Source: an uncultured Clostridia bacterium
Lineage (GTDB): Bacteria > Bacillota > Clostridia > Christensenellales > UBA1242
Assembly (NCBI GenBank): GCA_944381205.1
Contig: CALWKG010000001.1
Coordinates: 20-64,019, forward strand
Direction of reading: 5' to 3'
DNA: 64,000 bases
The notes below the pieces were generated by a model. It had not been told where the DNA came from and did not search any database. It saw only the letters and a program-made list of their open reading frames with translations. Positions 63,451 through 64,000 of this stretch are shown here, piece by piece; the stretch's first letter is position 1, and each line of letters starts with the position of its first letter. Made by a program: the position numbers and the translations under genes.

Positions 63451-64000
63451 ATGATAAAACTCATAAAGAAAAACTACGAATTTATATTTTGTCTAATATT
63501 GTTTGCCATAATTTTGTTAATAGCATTTAATCCAAAGCCGTACATAAATTCTACATTTTTAGGCATAAGAGTTTGGGCTACTATTGTTTTGCCTAGTTTA
63601 TTTGTTTTCTTTATATTAACCAAATTATTTATGACATTTAATTCTTCTTTAAAAATATTTTCTAATTTGGACAAATTTTTTTTTAAATTATATAAAGTAA
63701 AACATACTGGTGGATATATATTTTTTATGAGTGCTATTTCAGGCTATCCTATCGGGGCAAAATTAATAAGTGAATTTTATTTACAGGGAACAATTTCAAA
63801 AGACGAGGCTATGCGTCTTATATCTTTTGCATCTACAAGTGGACCAATGTTTATAATTGGAAGTGTAGCCGTAGCCCTATTTAAAAACTATAAACTAGGG
63901 CTAGTTGTACTAATTTCTCATATACTATCCAGCCTAATCAATGGTTTAATATATAAAAATATTGGCACAGAAAATAGTAATTTTGATACTAAAATCGCGC
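63451..64000 (+). CDS. ylbJ: sporulation integral membrane protein YlbJ, 3'-truncated by the window edge (absent from the ORF track)
   Basis: My own translation from ATG 63451 gives 183 codons with no stop up to the window end. The motifs SAISGYPIGAKLISEFYLQGTISKDEAMRLISFASTSGPMFIIGSVAVALF align well with B. subtilis YlbJ. A sigma-E-like -10 element, CATATAAT, lies at 63418-63425. I see no SD. Confidence 0.8.
   Translation, partial: MIKLIKKNYEFIFCLILFAIILLIAFNPKPYINSTFLGIRVWATIVLPSLFVFFILTKLFMTFNSSLKIFSNLDKFFFKLYKVKHTGGYIFFMSAISGYPIGAKLISEFYLQGTISKDEAMRLISFASTSGPMFIIGSVAVALFKNYKLGLVVLISHILSSLINGLIYKNIGTENSNFDTKIA

Noticed and set aside
63474-63674. A 66-aa minus-strand ORF appears in the track.
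   Set aside because: It lies antisense inside the untracked, clearly homologous ylbJ reading frame (63451 to the window end), so it is treated as a shadow ORF.

Overview
This is a visibly AT-rich chromosomal segment from an endospore-forming Firmicute. The gene content looks Clostridia-like, and TGA is used as a stop codon, so the genetic code is standard. Almost all of the window is conserved housekeeping, cell-division and sporulation core. In order it holds: yunB; a Phe T-box leader with pheS-pheT; iscS-thiI; rny; six tRNA genes; ctsR-clpC with a textbook CtsR operator; hpf; mntP; fhs; an orphan alpha-oxoamine synthase; ftsA-ftsZ-spoIIGA-sigE with an inverted sigG; ylmC; nrdR; feoAB; der; plsY; spoIVA; a dcw cluster (mraZ-rsmH-ftsL-spoVD-murE-mraY-murD-ftsW/spoVE-murA-ftsQ); lexA with an SOS box; a Xer-like tyrosine recombinase; serS; a PadR-like regulator with an ABC exporter; a ThyX-like gene with glyQS-ackA and pta; a patatin-like lipase; and the start of ylbJ. 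I see no rRNA, CRISPR array, transposase, prophage body or recognisable defence island, and nothing I can defend as a complete new multi-gene system. The observations most worth a second look are these. (1) sigG is inverted and converges on sigE with an 8-nt overlap of their 3' ends. (2) A 1.09-kb ORF-free spacer lies between convergent genes at 50.4-51.5 kb. It carries four copies of a conserved 12-nt direct repeat and a small GC-richer structured island, and it is flanked by a degenerate nucleotidyltransferase-like ORF and a DUF45 metalloprotease. (3) A double-length ThyX-like protein has two halves with complementary motif decay, and its gene is fused into an ackA-glyQS operon. (4) A perfect 11-11-11 inverted repeat separates the only SD-like element from the lexA start codon, next to the recombinase gene. 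(5) There is a degenerate ABC ATPase paired with a mini PucR HTH protein. (6) An SPT-like alpha-oxoamine synthase stands alone. (7) A 26-codon ORF with a consensus RBS is missing from the ORF track. All family assignments come from motif recognition by eye. No database search or folding computation was run.
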